From: a virus
Lineage: Duplodnaviria > Caudoviricetes
Strand: one strand, 5' to 3'
Virus record (IMG/VR): IMGVR_UViG_3300046786_000240
Location: 1 to 42,081 of that record
Length of the DNA stretch: 42,081 bases
The translations under genes and the position numbers were made by a program. Positions 16,145-26,600 of the stretch are shown here, in pieces. The first letter of the stretch is position 1; each line of letters begins with the position of its first letter. The notes below the pieces were generated by a model that saw only the letters and a list, made by a program, of their open reading frames with translations, did not search any database and was not told where the DNA came from.

Positions 16145-16297
16145 TCACCGCCCCTGCCCGCGATAGCGCCGCTTTCGTTGCGGGTTACGGCTGGTGCCGC
16201 TCAGCTTGGTGCGCAGTGAGCGGCCTTGGCGGGTGCGCTTGGGTGGTCCGGCTTGGTGGTCGATGCGAGCGGTGCCGGTCTTGGACTTGACGGCCAT
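16145..16297 (-). CDS. Highly basic 50 aa peptide ending YRGQGR
   Basis: MAVKSKTGTARIDHQAGPPKRTRQG..RKRRYRGQGR; TGATG coupling; below the ORF track cutoff. Confidence 0.7.
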   Translation of the reverse strand: MAVKSKTGTARIDHQAGPPKRTRQGRSLRTKLSGTSRNPQRKRRYRGQGR

Positions 16298-16776
16298 CAG
16301 GCTTCGGGTTCGGGTTCGGGTGCAGGAGCCGGCGCGTAGGGGTCAGGCGGCCACGAGGTGTAGCTGTCGCTCAGGATGAACGCCGCCAAGCCCTCGGTGG
16401 TGGTGGTGGCAATGATGCCGCTGATCTTCAGTTCACAGGCCAGCCGCAGGTCCTGGCGCCAGCCTTGGATGGCAGGGTCGATCACGGTGCCATTGTCCTG
16501 CTGGCGGATCACCATCCAGTCGGTAGGGGTTAGGAGCGTTCCGGCCGTGGTGCGCGTCTGCTGCGTCCACTGCTCCACCAGCTGCGCGTGATCCTTGGGC
16601 AGGCCTGGTCCCCAGTAGAACCGCTGATCGTAGGGAGCAGGATCAGGCTGCTCGGTGATGCCAATCGCCGCGCGCTCCTCGGGACTGGCTAGGCGCAGCC
16701 AGTTGGCGGGGTAGCTGATGCCATCGTGCTCAAAGGGCACATCAGGGCTCAGTGGGCGGCCGTCGAGGATGAACAT
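16297..16776 (-). CDS. Tail fibre assembly/chaperone-like protein
   Basis: Follows fibre genes; YPANWL, LLTPTDWMV..WRQDLR chaperone-like motif. Confidence 0.65.
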   Translation of the reverse strand: MFILDGRPLSPDVPFEHDGISYPANWLRLASPEERAAIGITEQPDPAPYDQRFYWGPGLPKDHAQLVEQWTQQTRTTAGTLLTPTDWMVIRQQDNGTVIDPAIQGWRQDLRLACELKISGIIATTTTEGLAAFILSDSYTSWPPDPYAPAPAPEPEPEA

Positions 16777-16800
16777 GGCGATCAGGTCCGTGGTTGCAGG

Positions 16801-19155
16801 TTAGCGAGCACGCGCGTACTGGAAAGGCGCTTCGGCGAAGGCCGCGTAAATGTAGGTAGACCCGCTGCCGTTCTGGTTGGTTGAGCTATTGCGCAGCTTG
16901 AAGCCGTTACTGAGCGCATCGATCGTGACAGCAGAGCTTGTGACTTCCTGCTGTGGGTTGTTGGCCAGAAGGTAAGAATCGGCGACGTTGTAATCATCGC
17001 GAACGGTGTCCCACATAACCCAGTGGTCGATCGATGTGCCTGTGTTTGTGATCTTGATCATCACCCACCTCGGCCTAAACCCGGTATAAACAAACGGCCC
17101 ATCCGAGCTGCCGTTGCCGGTGTAGCTACCGAACGCGCTATACCCGGCTACTGGGGCGAAGCAGTAGGCGACGTAGTTATCCCCGCTTCCATTGGAACCC
17201 GTTGCGCCGCCACCTGCAAGATTAAATGTTGTCGAGGAAGGAAGTGACAAGCCAGCACCAGAAGAACCGAGCGTCAGGTTTAAGTAAAGCTGCTTAAGCG
17301 TTCCCGACTCATTGGCATACACAATCCAGTCGTGTGACGTTGTTCTGTTTTTAATGATGATCCACGAAGGGCCAACACCTAGCCCGTGACCCACCGTGGC
17401 GTTAGAACCTGTTCCCGTATAAGTAACAATCGAAAACCCCGCACTTGCATTAGCCCTCACCTGACTAGAGATGGAGCCTTGTGTGTTCGTGACGGTGGAG
17501 CTGCCGGCGTCCCACACCCACGCCACACGCGCGATGTTGTTGGTGTAGTTGATATCAGGCTGCGGGCTGTTGTTGTTCGCGCCGAGGGTGAAGCCGTCCG
17601 AGTTGAACGAGACGAAGCCATCGGTGGTGTACTGCTCGGCTTCGGTGGTGTTGGACTTGAGCGCTCGGCCAGCGCCGCGCACGGTGTCATAGAGCGCATG
17701 GGCGACACCGGTTCCGCGTGACTTCAGCCAGGCGAAGTCTGGCGAGAAGCCGAGGCCGGAGACGGTCAGGGTGCCAGCGTTTGAGGTGTAGAGCTTGGTG
17801 TCGAACACCGTGCTCGGGTTCGTGATCGTCGGCGCGGGCAGGTTTGCCGTGCAGAGCGCCTTGAAGCCGCTGGGGGCGGTGTAGGCGAAGGGACGTTGGC
17901 CGAAGTTTGTCTTTATCTGATCAATTGCTCCGTCTGCTGAATGCCAGAAGAAATAGATACCTACCGGAATACCGGTGGCTGTCAAACGAAGCTGATTATT
18001 ATGATAAATCTTACATTCGTTAGCATCAAGGTTTAATGCAATCCCGATTGTCCCTGATGTTATGTCTGATGAGTGGCCGGAAAGGGTTACGGTTACTCCT
18101 CCAGCACTGGCGGAAGATCCAGCCCTAGCTCTAAGTCCAGCGTACACAGAGGAGCTAGAATTGGAAAATCCCCAACTTGGGCCAAAGTTCAGACTGGCGT
18201 TAATGATTGTGTATTCGCAATACCATTTACCTGACGCAACTCCGATAGTCGACTGACTTGTTTGGTTTAGTAAGTCAAGATTACCATTTGAGAGTCCAGA
18301 GGCTGCAATCAAAGGGTTCCACGTCGAATAGTTTCCCCGCACCTGCCCGCCCGCTCCGGTATCAACCTCACTGCCGTTGGTGGGTACATCGACAAGGCTG
18401 TCGTTGCCTGCACCAGCGGTGACGGAGAGGTTGTTGACGGTCCACGTGTTCCCTTGCCCAGAAGAGTCCGTTCCTAATGCGGCGGCGGTGCTGTTATCCG
18501 AGAACGAAAGTTTGAAGCCGTTTGTGCCGTATGTTCCGGTGTACTGCTTAGGCATCCACACGCCGGTGGTGGCGGAGAACTCACCGAAGCTGGTGGGATC
18601 TAGGGCTTGGCCGTCCACCAGATGCACGTCGGCTAAGTAGCCGGAGAGATAGTCATAGATATCATCCGCGCCAATGTTGTGCGGTACTGCAGCATTGACT
18701 TTGAGGTCTGCGTTAAGGCTAGGGTAGGTTCCAGAACCAATTACCTGCTGAACACCATTCACATAGAGCTTGACTCGATCAGAAGTGGTGGCTTGTGTAG
18801 TGTCAAGAACGGCGCATATGTGCATCCAAGCAGATGGATCTCGAAAGACAGCAGTAGTTCTCGGTCCAGAAATCGTGCCGCCGTAAAAGAGGCCAAGCTG
18901 ATCTGACTCAAACTCAATCGTGGTGTAGTTCGCGGCGCCACCATCGTGAGCAGCAAATAACGCTTGCCTAATTCCAGAACGGCTCCGCTTCACCCACCCC
19001 GCCCAAGTCCACGTCTTGCGGTTGCCCTGAGATGCGGGGGTGCGGCTGAGATAGGCCGAGTCTGCTGAGTTGAAGCGCAGCGAACGGCTGATGCTGTACC
19101 CAGCCGCCCCACCAGCAGGAGCACCAAGCAGCAGGCTGTTGTTGAGCACGCTCAT
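16801..19155 (-). CDS. Tail fibre/receptor-binding protein (LamG/ConA + SPRY-like domains)
   Basis: SLRFN, WTWAGWVKR, WMHI..KLYVNG (LamG); SGKWYCE (SPRY-like); YTGNG..GFRP repeats. Confidence 0.8.
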   Translation of the reverse strand: MSVLNNSLLLGAPAGGAAGYSISRSLRFNSADSAYLSRTPASQGNRKTWTWAGWVKRSRSGIRQALFAAHDGGAANYTTIEFESDQLGLFYGGTISGPRTTAVFRDPSAWMHICAVLDTTQATTSDRVKLYVNGVQQVIGSGTYPSLNADLKVNAAVPHNIGADDIYDYLSGYLADVHLVDGQALDPTSFGEFSATTGVWMPKQYTGTYGTNGFKLSFSDNSTAAALGTDSSGQGNTWTVNNLSVTAGAGNDSLVDVPTNGSEVDTGAGGQVRGNYSTWNPLIAASGLSNGNLDLLNQTSQSTIGVASGKWYCEYTIINASLNFGPSWGFSNSSSSVYAGLRARAGSSASAGGVTVTLSGHSSDITSGTIGIALNLDANECKIYHNNQLRLTATGIPVGIYFFWHSADGAIDQIKTNFGQRPFAYTAPSGFKALCTANLPAPTITNPSTVFDTKLYTSNAGTLTVSGLGFSPDFAWLKSRGTGVAHALYDTVRGAGRALKSNTTEAEQYTTDGFVSFNSDGFTLGANNNSPQPDINYTNNIARVAWVWDAGSSTVTNTQGSISSQVRANASAGFSIVTYTGTGSNATVGHGLGVGPSWIIIKNRTTSHDWIVYANESGTLKQLYLNLTLGSSGAGLSLPSSTTFNLAGGGATGSNGSGDNYVAYCFAPVAGYSAFGSYTGNGSSDGPFVYTGFRPRWVMIKITNTGTSIDHWVMWDTVRDDYNVADSYLLANNPQQEVTSSAVTIDALSNGFKLRNSSTNQNGSGSTYIYAAFAEAPFQYARAR

Positions 19156-22100
19156 TTCACGTCCGAGATCAGGCGAGCAGTGATGCGGGTGGCCGATTCG
19201 ACGTAGTAGGCGATCACGTCCACTGCGCTGGCCGTTGTCGTGAGTGTAGGCGCGGTGCCACCGGGGAACTTCCAGTTGCTGCCGTAGGCCAGCGTCCGCG
19301 ACCCGGTGCCGTCCTGCGTGATCACGATCGTGCCCGACTGGCCGGCCGTGAGGTTGCTCGGGTTGGCCAGTGTTCGGTTGCCGCCGAGGGTGACGCTGAA
19401 GTTGTTGCCGGCCGCGAAGTCCGCCGTGATCGTTGCGCCATCGGTGAGCGCCACCACGCTGCCGCGCTGCGCTGCCGTGAAGCTCTGCGCGGTTGCCAGT
19501 GCCGCATAGCCCGAGATGGTCTGGCCGGCCGCGAAGGTGATTGCGCCGGTCATCGTCCCGCCGGTCTTTGGCAGGGCAGCGTTCGCCAGGTCGTAGGCCG
19601 ATTTGACCGCGTTCGGGGTTGCGGCTGTTGAGGTGCTGGTGCTGCTGGTCGAATCCGTCAGCTGCACCACGCCCACCACGCTGGTGGTGCCGGCCACGAT
19701 CTTGCTGCCGCTGATCGCAGCGCCCGCTGCAATGTCGGCGTTGACGATCGCGCCAGAGAGCACCAGCGTGCCGTCTGCGTTCGGCAGGTAGATCAGTCGG
19801 TCTGCGGTCGGATCAGCAGCCAGCAGGCGCGTCTCGTTTGCGTCGTCAGTGCTGCCTTCAAACACCACGCCCACGTTGGCGCCGAGCGTCACGTCGCCGG
19901 TGAAGGTGCCGCCAGCCGCGGGGACCGCTGCAGCTGCCAGGTCATAGGCCGCCTTCACCGCTGTGGGTGTGGCAGCCAGCACCGAGCTGGTGGTGCCGGT
20001 GCTGTCGCTCAGCTGCACCACACCAGCCACGCTGGTGCTCGCCGCTGCCACGCTGATCGCAGGCGTGGTGGTGCCGTTGCTGACGGAGATCGCGCCGGAG
20101 CCCGTCACGGTGGTGACGGTGCCCACGTAGTCGGCGCCCCACTCGAGGCCGGTGGCGGTGGCGCTGTTGGCGCGCAGCACCTGCCCGTTCGTGCCCACGC
20201 CAAGCTTGCTCAGCGCGGTGCTGCTGGATGCCGCGAGCAGATCGCCCTTCGTGTAGCTGGTGGTGCCGGTGCCGCCCTTGGTGGCCAGCAGCGTGCCGCT
20301 GGTGATGTTGTCGGCGTTGCGGCATTCGTTCGACACCTCCTCAATCGCCGCCTGCACGTTGGTGGCAGAGATGCTGGCGCCAGGCGTGAAGCTGACGTTG
20401 TTGGCCGACTGCGCCACGAACGTGGACGACACATCGATCTCGGTCCAGATCGTGCCGTTGGACAGGATCAGGTCAGGCGGTGCCAGCGAGGTGGTTGGTG
20501 CAGGCGCAGTGCCCGTGCCACCGGTCGAGACCACCACGTAGTAGCCGTTGTTGCTCGAGCTGGCGGACGGCAGCGCGTTGCCAACCGTGAGGCCGATCGA
20601 GGAGCCCTCGGTGGTGACGGTGGCGATCTGGTTGGTGGTGGCGTTGTAGGTGCCAGCAAAGATCACCGAACCGGCTGAGATGCCCAGCGGCTGCCAGACG
20701 TTGCCGTCCCAGAGGAAGAAGGCTTCGTCCAGCGGATTGAAGAAGATCTGGCCGATGAAATCGGCGGTGGGCAGCGCCTCGCCGAACTTCGCGGTGGAGT
20801 AGTTGGCGAGCTTGGCGCCGGTCACCGCATCGTCGGCGAGCAGCGCCGTCGCGAAGGTGCCGCTGGTGATCTTGCTGGCCGGCAGCGAGGGAATGTCCGA
20901 TTCCGCCAGCGTGGTGCCAGCAGTGACGTGCCCTTCAGCATCGACAGTCACCTTGGGGTAGGTGCCAGCGGTGGTGCTGTTGGTATGGTTCAGCGTGCCG
21001 CTGCTGACCGATAGGCCGGTGCCGGGCTGAATGATGCCTTTGGTGCTGGCGGTGGCATCCGGCAGATCACCGGGCACCAGCGCGCGGAAGGTTGGCGCTG
21101 CATCGGCGCCAGTGGTCGGTCCAGCGAACACACGCGCCGCGCTCTGCGTGTCGAGCGTGGTGGTGATGGTGGCGCTGTAGTTGTCGGGATAGGCAACCGA
21201 GAACGCCAGCGGCGTGCTGTCGCTGAACGTCAGAGTGCTCAGCGAAGCCTGGCGCACCCATGTGGTGCCGTCCCAGGTGTATTCGATTCCGGTGTTGGTG
21301 TTGATCCACTGCTGGCCAATGAAGGCGCCAGAGCCGGACGGCGTGGAGGCCGCCACCACCGCAGCGGACTGATCCGCCAGCTTGGCGGCCGTGATCGCGT
21401 CGTCAGCCACCTTGCCGGTGGTGACGGCGCCGGTGCCGAGCTTGGCCTCAACGACAGCGCCGCTGGCGATCGTGGCCGCGAACGATCCGGTGCCGGAGCC
21501 GGTTACGTCACCCGTCAGGGTGATCGTCTGGTCGCCGGTGTTGGTGCCGGATGTGGTGCCGCTGTGGGTGCCGGAGAAGGTGCCGGACTGCGTGGCGAGC
21601 GTGCCGAGGCCGAGAGTGCTGCGCTGGGCGGCAGCGTCGGCATCATCAAGCAGCGCACGGCCTGCTGCGGTGCAGGTGATCTCCTCCACATCGCCGGCGC
21701 CCGCGGTGCTGCGGCCGAGCAGCTTGTCGGTGCCGGAAACGTCCTGCAGCTTGGCGTAGGTAACGGCACCATCCGCCAGTGCTGCGGTGCCGAGGTTGCT
21801 GGCCTTGGCAGTGGTGACTGCACCATCCGCCAGCTTGGCGGTAGTGACGGAACCATCCGCGAGCACCGGGGTGATCGCGCTGTAGGCGCCGGAGCGATAG
21901 ACCTGCAGCTCGCCGGTGCTGGTGTTGACCCAGCCGCGGCCGTCGAAGTTGTCAGCAACGGGCGCTGATGCGCTGATCGCCACTGAGCTGCTGTCGGCAA
22001 GCTTCGCGGCCGTGACGGCATCATTCGCCAGCGCGGTGGTGCCGAGCTTGGTGGTGCTGGCCTGATCCAGTTTGTCGAGATCGATCGAGGCGGCATCGAC

Positions 22101-22244
22101 CAGATCGAGGCCGGCATCCACCAGATCCTTGGCGGTGACCTTCTTCGTCTGCGATGCCGAAACGTCGGCAATGGGCAGCACGTCGGTGGCTGCCACCGAG
22201 GCCTTCGGCAGAGCCGTGAGCTGGGTTATGCGCTGGTCAGCCAA
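19152..22244 (-). CDS. Long tail fibre protein
   Basis: A/T/G/S-rich; VTTAKLAD repeats; two GVVQL.DST..AATP.AVK.AYDLA fibre repeats. Confidence 0.85.
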   Translation of the reverse strand: MADQRITQLTALPKASVAATDVLPIADVSASQTKKVTAKDLVDAGLDLVDAASIDLDKLDQASTTKLGTTALANDAVTAAKLADSSSVAISASAPVADNFDGRGWVNTSTGELQVYRSGAYSAITPVLADGSVTTAKLADGAVTTAKASNLGTAALADGAVTYAKLQDVSGTDKLLGRSTAGAGDVEEITCTAAGRALLDDADAAAQRSTLGLGTLATQSGTFSGTHSGTTSGTNTGDQTITLTGDVTGSGTGSFAATIASGAVVEAKLGTGAVTTGKVADDAITAAKLADQSAAVVAASTPSGSGAFIGQQWINTNTGIEYTWDGTTWVRQASLSTLTFSDSTPLAFSVAYPDNYSATITTTLDTQSAARVFAGPTTGADAAPTFRALVPGDLPDATASTKGIIQPGTGLSVSSGTLNHTNSTTAGTYPKVTVDAEGHVTAGTTLAESDIPSLPASKITSGTFATALLADDAVTGAKLANYSTAKFGEALPTADFIGQIFFNPLDEAFFLWDGNVWQPLGISAGSVIFAGTYNATTNQIATVTTEGSSIGLTVGNALPSASSSNNGYYVVVSTGGTGTAPAPTTSLAPPDLILSNGTIWTEIDVSSTFVAQSANNVSFTPGASISATNVQAAIEEVSNECRNADNITSGTLLATKGGTGTTSYTKGDLLAASSSTALSKLGVGTNGQVLRANSATATGLEWGADYVGTVTTVTGSGAISVSNGTTTPAISVAAASTSVAGVVQLSDSTGTTSSVLAATPTAVKAAYDLAAAAVPAAGGTFTGDVTLGANVGVVFEGSTDDANETRLLAADPTADRLIYLPNADGTLVLSGAIVNADIAAGAAISGSKIVAGTTSVVGVVQLTDSTSSTSTSTAATPNAVKSAYDLANAALPKTGGTMTGAITFAAGQTISGYAALATAQSFTAAQRGSVVALTDGATITADFAAGNNFSVTLGGNRTLANPSNLTAGQSGTIVITQDGTGSRTLAYGSNWKFPGGTAPTLTTTASAVDVIAYYVESATRITARLISDVK

Positions 22245-22281
22245 GGCTCAGCCTCCGAGGGCACCACTGCTAGAGCCCATG

Positions 22282-23157
22282 TTAGTCCTCAGTTTCCTTC
22301 AGCAAGAAGTCGAGCGACTGCTCCAAGTTGATGCGGTCGTCGTCTTCCTTGAGGATGTATTCATCGATGGAGCCGATCAGTAGCCTGATCTCTCCTGTGG
22401 TCACGAAATCGATCGTGCAGTTGATGATATCGCCCGCGCGTACTTCCACGCCGGCCTTTGTCACCATCGCGTCGAATTGGTAGAAGACGTTATTAACGCC
22501 TGCATCCACGGATTTATCGGTGAGGTAGAGCGCGCAATCGAAGCCACTGCCAAGCTCGAGGCGCTGGATCAGCTGCAGCATCAGCAGCGGCGCCTCTACG
22601 GTGCCGGCTGTCGTGTAGTCGAAGGCGCAGGTGATCGAGCCACTGCCGCTCAGGATGCCGGCGCTGTAGAGCTGGCGGAAGCGGTCGTTGAGGCTGGTGG
22701 TGTCGATCGCCTCGCGGTCGGTGGCCAGCGTGTAGTCGATGACGTTGCCGAGCACGCTGTAGGACACGTCACGCACGCGGCACTCAATCGGAATCGGTTC
22801 ACCAGCGAAGGCGTAAAGCGCCAGCTCGTTTGCGCGTGTGTTGTTGACCGCATCCTGGAAGGTGCGGAAGAAGCGCAGGCCACCGGCTGCGTTCACGTTC
22901 ACGTAGGCCGAGATGCCGGCCTCCACCGTGCCGCTGCTCCATGCCGCGCCGGTGAAGCAGACCAGACCGCGCGCATCGGTGGTGCTGATATCCACGCGAT
23001 CACCGGTCAGCAGGTTCTCGCCGGCACTGTCGAAGCTCAGCCGGTTGAGGCTGGTGTTCACGTCAGCAGCATCGATCTGATCCTGCAGCGCGCTGATCAG
23101 CACCGAGGTGGCACGCCTCAGCCTGACGTTGCCCTTCGTGCCGAGGAAAAAGGTCAT
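22282..23157 (-). CDS. Virion structural protein with C-terminal tail-tube-like domain
   Basis: In the tail operon; C-half resembles 23154..23603. Confidence 0.6.
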   Translation of the reverse strand: MTFFLGTKGNVRLRRATSVLISALQDQIDAADVNTSLNRLSFDSAGENLLTGDRVDISTTDARGLVCFTGAAWSSGTVEAGISAYVNVNAAGGLRFFRTFQDAVNNTRANELALYAFAGEPIPIECRVRDVSYSVLGNVIDYTLATDREAIDTTSLNDRFRQLYSAGILSGSGSITCAFDYTTAGTVEAPLLMLQLIQRLELGSGFDCALYLTDKSVDAGVNNVFYQFDAMVTKAGVEVRAGDIINCTIDFVTTGEIRLLIGSIDEYILKEDDDRINLEQSLDFLLKETED

Positions 23158-23603
23158 GCGATCACGCCGCCAGCGAGGAAGTCGCCATCGACCGAGAATT
23201 GAATCGGCACGGTCACCAGCTCGCCGGTGCTGACGCCAACCTGCGAGGAGGTGATGTAGGCGAAGAACTCCAGATCGTCGGCGGCGTCATCGCTGACGCG
23301 CAGGCGGAGCTTGACGCGATCGGTCTCGGTGACGGCGCCCACCTTCTGCACCTTGCCGAGCAGTGCGGTGAACTGCGCCAGCGTGGCCGACTCGCCGGCC
23401 TCGAGGCGGTAGTAGAGCAGCGTGGCCGAACCGCTGGCCGACTTCAGGCCAGGCGTGAAGGTTGCGGCGGTGCTGTCGATCGCGGTGGTGCTCAGAAGCT
23501 CCACGCTGGTCTCCACCGACCAGTCGCGAATCTTCGCCACGGGTTTGTAGGCCGCGCCGTCCCAGAACTCCAGCTTGCCCGTGCGGCCTGTGTAGAAGCC
23601 CAT
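23154..23603 (-). CDS. Tail-tube-fold structural protein
   Basis: IRDWSVE..TT..D..F.PGLKSASGS pattern typical of tube proteins. Confidence 0.6.
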   Translation of the reverse strand: MGFYTGRTGKLEFWDGAAYKPVAKIRDWSVETSVELLSTTAIDSTAATFTPGLKSASGSATLLYYRLEAGESATLAQFTALLGKVQKVGAVTETDRVKLRLRVSDDAADDLEFFAYITSSQVGVSTGELVTVPIQFSVDGDFLAGGVIA

Positions 23604-23629
23604 GAACGGCGGCCCAGTCTGAAATCAGG

Positions 23630-26600
23630 CTAGCGAATAGTGAAGCCACTATCCGCGAAGGATGCGATCAGGCTCAAGGTCTCTGCGCCGGATTGCACGC
23701 ACGGATGTTCGATGGCCTTCACCGAAACCTGCCCGTCTTCATCCATTTGCACCTCCGTTACTCGGAACACCCGCTTGCGGGTGATTGAGGTGCCGAGCAC
23801 GAACAGGCGGCCGACATAGGGTGCCAGCGCCGCGGCGGTGCCGTTGGTGACGGTCACGCTGTCCACGCTCACCACCGCGCTGCCGGACTGGTAGACCAGC
23901 GCCTTCAGGCCACTGCCATTTGGCACCTGCCCGATCGGCGTGTTGAGCACGCCACCGGCTTCCACCACGCCGGTGCTGACCTGATCCCACTGGTTCTCGC
24001 CGATCGCCACGTAGATGTAGCTGCCGGGCTCCAGCACGCTGTCGGTCGGAAAGGTGGAGAACTCGATCGCGCGGCGGATGTGGCGCCGCTGGTTGCAGAG
24101 CAGCTTGCCGAACAGGATCGCCTGGCTGCGGTTGGTGACGTACTGGGAGAGGTCGAAGGTCTGCCGCACGCTGTTGGCCTCAAGCGCATCGGCGCGGCTC
24201 ACCTCCACGCTGCGGTTGCGCGGGAAGACGCCATCGATCTCGGTGTCGCGGTAGATCACCGAGGCGATCAGATCCTGCACGCTGCTGCCGAAGTCGAGGA
24301 ACTCCTCGCGGTAGCTGTCCTCAAGGATGTTGCCTTGGTTGAACAGCGCCGAGATGGTGACCTGTCGGGTGATGTTGCCGGCGTCATCGCAGGGAACGGC
24401 CGGCACCAGCGTTTCGCGGCCACCGACACGGCCGAGCTCCAGCAGCGAGAACGGTGCCACGTCCGCCCAGAACTGCCTCCATGGCACCTGCTCGGCGATC
24501 ACGCCATCCATGAACAGCTGGTTCTGGCGGCAGAAGCGCTTGGCCAGCGCCAGTGCCTGCAGATCGACGCCGCCGACCTTGGCGAACCGGCCGATGCCGT
24601 TCTCGCCATCGAGGATCGTGTCGAGAAAGATATCGGGCGCGTAGCTGCTCGAGCCATCCGGCTGCGCAGGGTAGGTGCCGTTATCACGCAGGCGACGCAG
24701 CTTCTTGCCCTCCAGCGTGAACACCGAAAGCGAGCGCAGGTCCTGGATGCCTTGGCCGCTGTAGGCGTTGAAGCCGAGCAGTGTGAGCCCGCTGTAGAGG
24801 TTGGGGTAGTTGGCGAAGGCCTCGATGCGCTGCTCTGTCACGGCGCTGATTGAGAACTCGGGACCACCTTCAAAGCTGAAGCTGGTCTGCGTGTCGGAGC
24901 GCATGGAGAACAGCCCCCATTCGTCCACCTCGTAGGGGTTGACGTTGATCGGTGGCTTCAGGCCTTGCCGTGAGCGGATGCTGCCGAGGAAGGTGAACTG
25001 GCCGCCAGCCGGTCCGGGGATGATGTTCACGTCGCCGCTGTTCTCGATGTAGGCGAAATCAGCAAAGCCGTGGAACTGCATCTCGGCAGCAGGCTCTGCG
25101 ATCGGATCAAATCGGAACTGCCAGTTGCCGATGTTGTCGCCCGCGATGAACTTCAGTGACATGAAGTTGTCCACGTCGGCGCCGCGGCGCACGGCGAAGA
25201 TGTAGGGAAGCCGGCTCCACTCAGCGCCGGTGCGGCGGTAGCGCAGCCAGAAGAAGGCGGCGCGCACCTTGGTGCCGTTGTCGCTGTCGCGGAACCGCTC
25301 AACCTTCTCCTTGCCGTACTTCGGCGCACGGCCTTGGATGCGCTTGAAGACCTTGGCCTTCAACGCAAAGTCCACCACGCGGCACTCGGTGATCGTCTCG
25401 TAGCCGGCCTCCTCCATCTTCACCAGACACTTGGTGTTGAAATAGTCGTTCCAGCTGTTCGGGTTCTCGAGGTAGCGGGTGAGGTAGTCGATCCGTGATT
25501 GCTTGGTGGCGATCTGGCTGCGCAGGCTGGCGTCACGCGCCGTCATGGCTGGCAGGTCAAGGTTGTTGGCGTTGGCTGTGATCTGCGAGATCTCGTAGTT
25601 GAGCTCACGCTCGCGGTTGTTCAGCCAGCGCTTCTCCTGCTTCAGCGTCTTGCCGCGTCCAGGGATGACGCCATCGGCAAAGCCGTACTGCTCAAACGCC
25701 TTGCCGAGGCGCGCCTGTTCTTTCTTCAGCCGCCGGTTCGTGTCGGCCAGTTCGCTGCGCCATTGCGCGATGCGGGTGCGATTGCGCTGCGCGCTGGGCT
25801 TGTCCAGCTCATCTTCAATCTGATCGCGCAGTGTCTTGCGGCGATCGCGGAGGCTGTCCACACGCGCGGCGAACTCGCGCACGCGATCGTCGAACAGCTC
25901 CGCATTGTCGAGCAGGTAGTCGAGCTCCTGCGTCGTCCACTTGCGGTCTGTGAGGTCATCGATCAGATCCTTGAGGCTCTGGATCTCCTGCAGGCGCTGC
26001 TGGATGCCGCTGGTGCCCGGCAGCAGGATCGGCTCATTGCGCAGCAGCTGATCGTTGAGAGCAGTCAGTTCGTCCTGCAGCAGGATGATCTCGCGCTGCG
26101 CTTCGCGGCCGTTCTTCTTGAAGTCCTCGGTGCCGTAGTCCTCAGCCGGGCAGATGCCAGCCTCAATGCACTCCATGGAGACGCGCATGGCGCCGTCTTC
26201 CAGCTCCACGTTCTTGATCGGTGCCGCCACGCGGAACTTTGCGCTGCCGAGCTTGTAGGTGCTGGCCGCATCGATGTAGCTCGAGAGCGTGCGGCGCAGC
26301 TCCTTGGCTGCGCGCGCGGTGTCGCTGCCGCCGGATCCGATCTGCCGGAAGATCAGCGTCATGCGCTGCCCGACAGGCACCACCGGACGCGCATCGTTGA
26401 GCACGTTCAGCGGCCAGTAGCTTTCCAGCCCGGTGATCTCAACGCCGAGCGGGGCATCCTGCTCCCTGCCGTCCTCATCGCGGTCGATGTAGACCACATT
26501 GATCGGGATCGGCGCGTAAACACCAAACCGCGTCATGGTGCTCGGCGAAAAGGCCTGGCTGAAGCCGTCCAGATGGTTGTCGCCGATCAGCGTCGGCCGG

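Noticed and set aside
16801-19155. Diversity-generating retroelement target
   Set aside because: No reverse transcriptase and no template/variable repeat pair seen
19590-20040. Repeated DNA segment in the tail fibre
   Set aside because: Explained by ordinary protein-level tail fibre repeats
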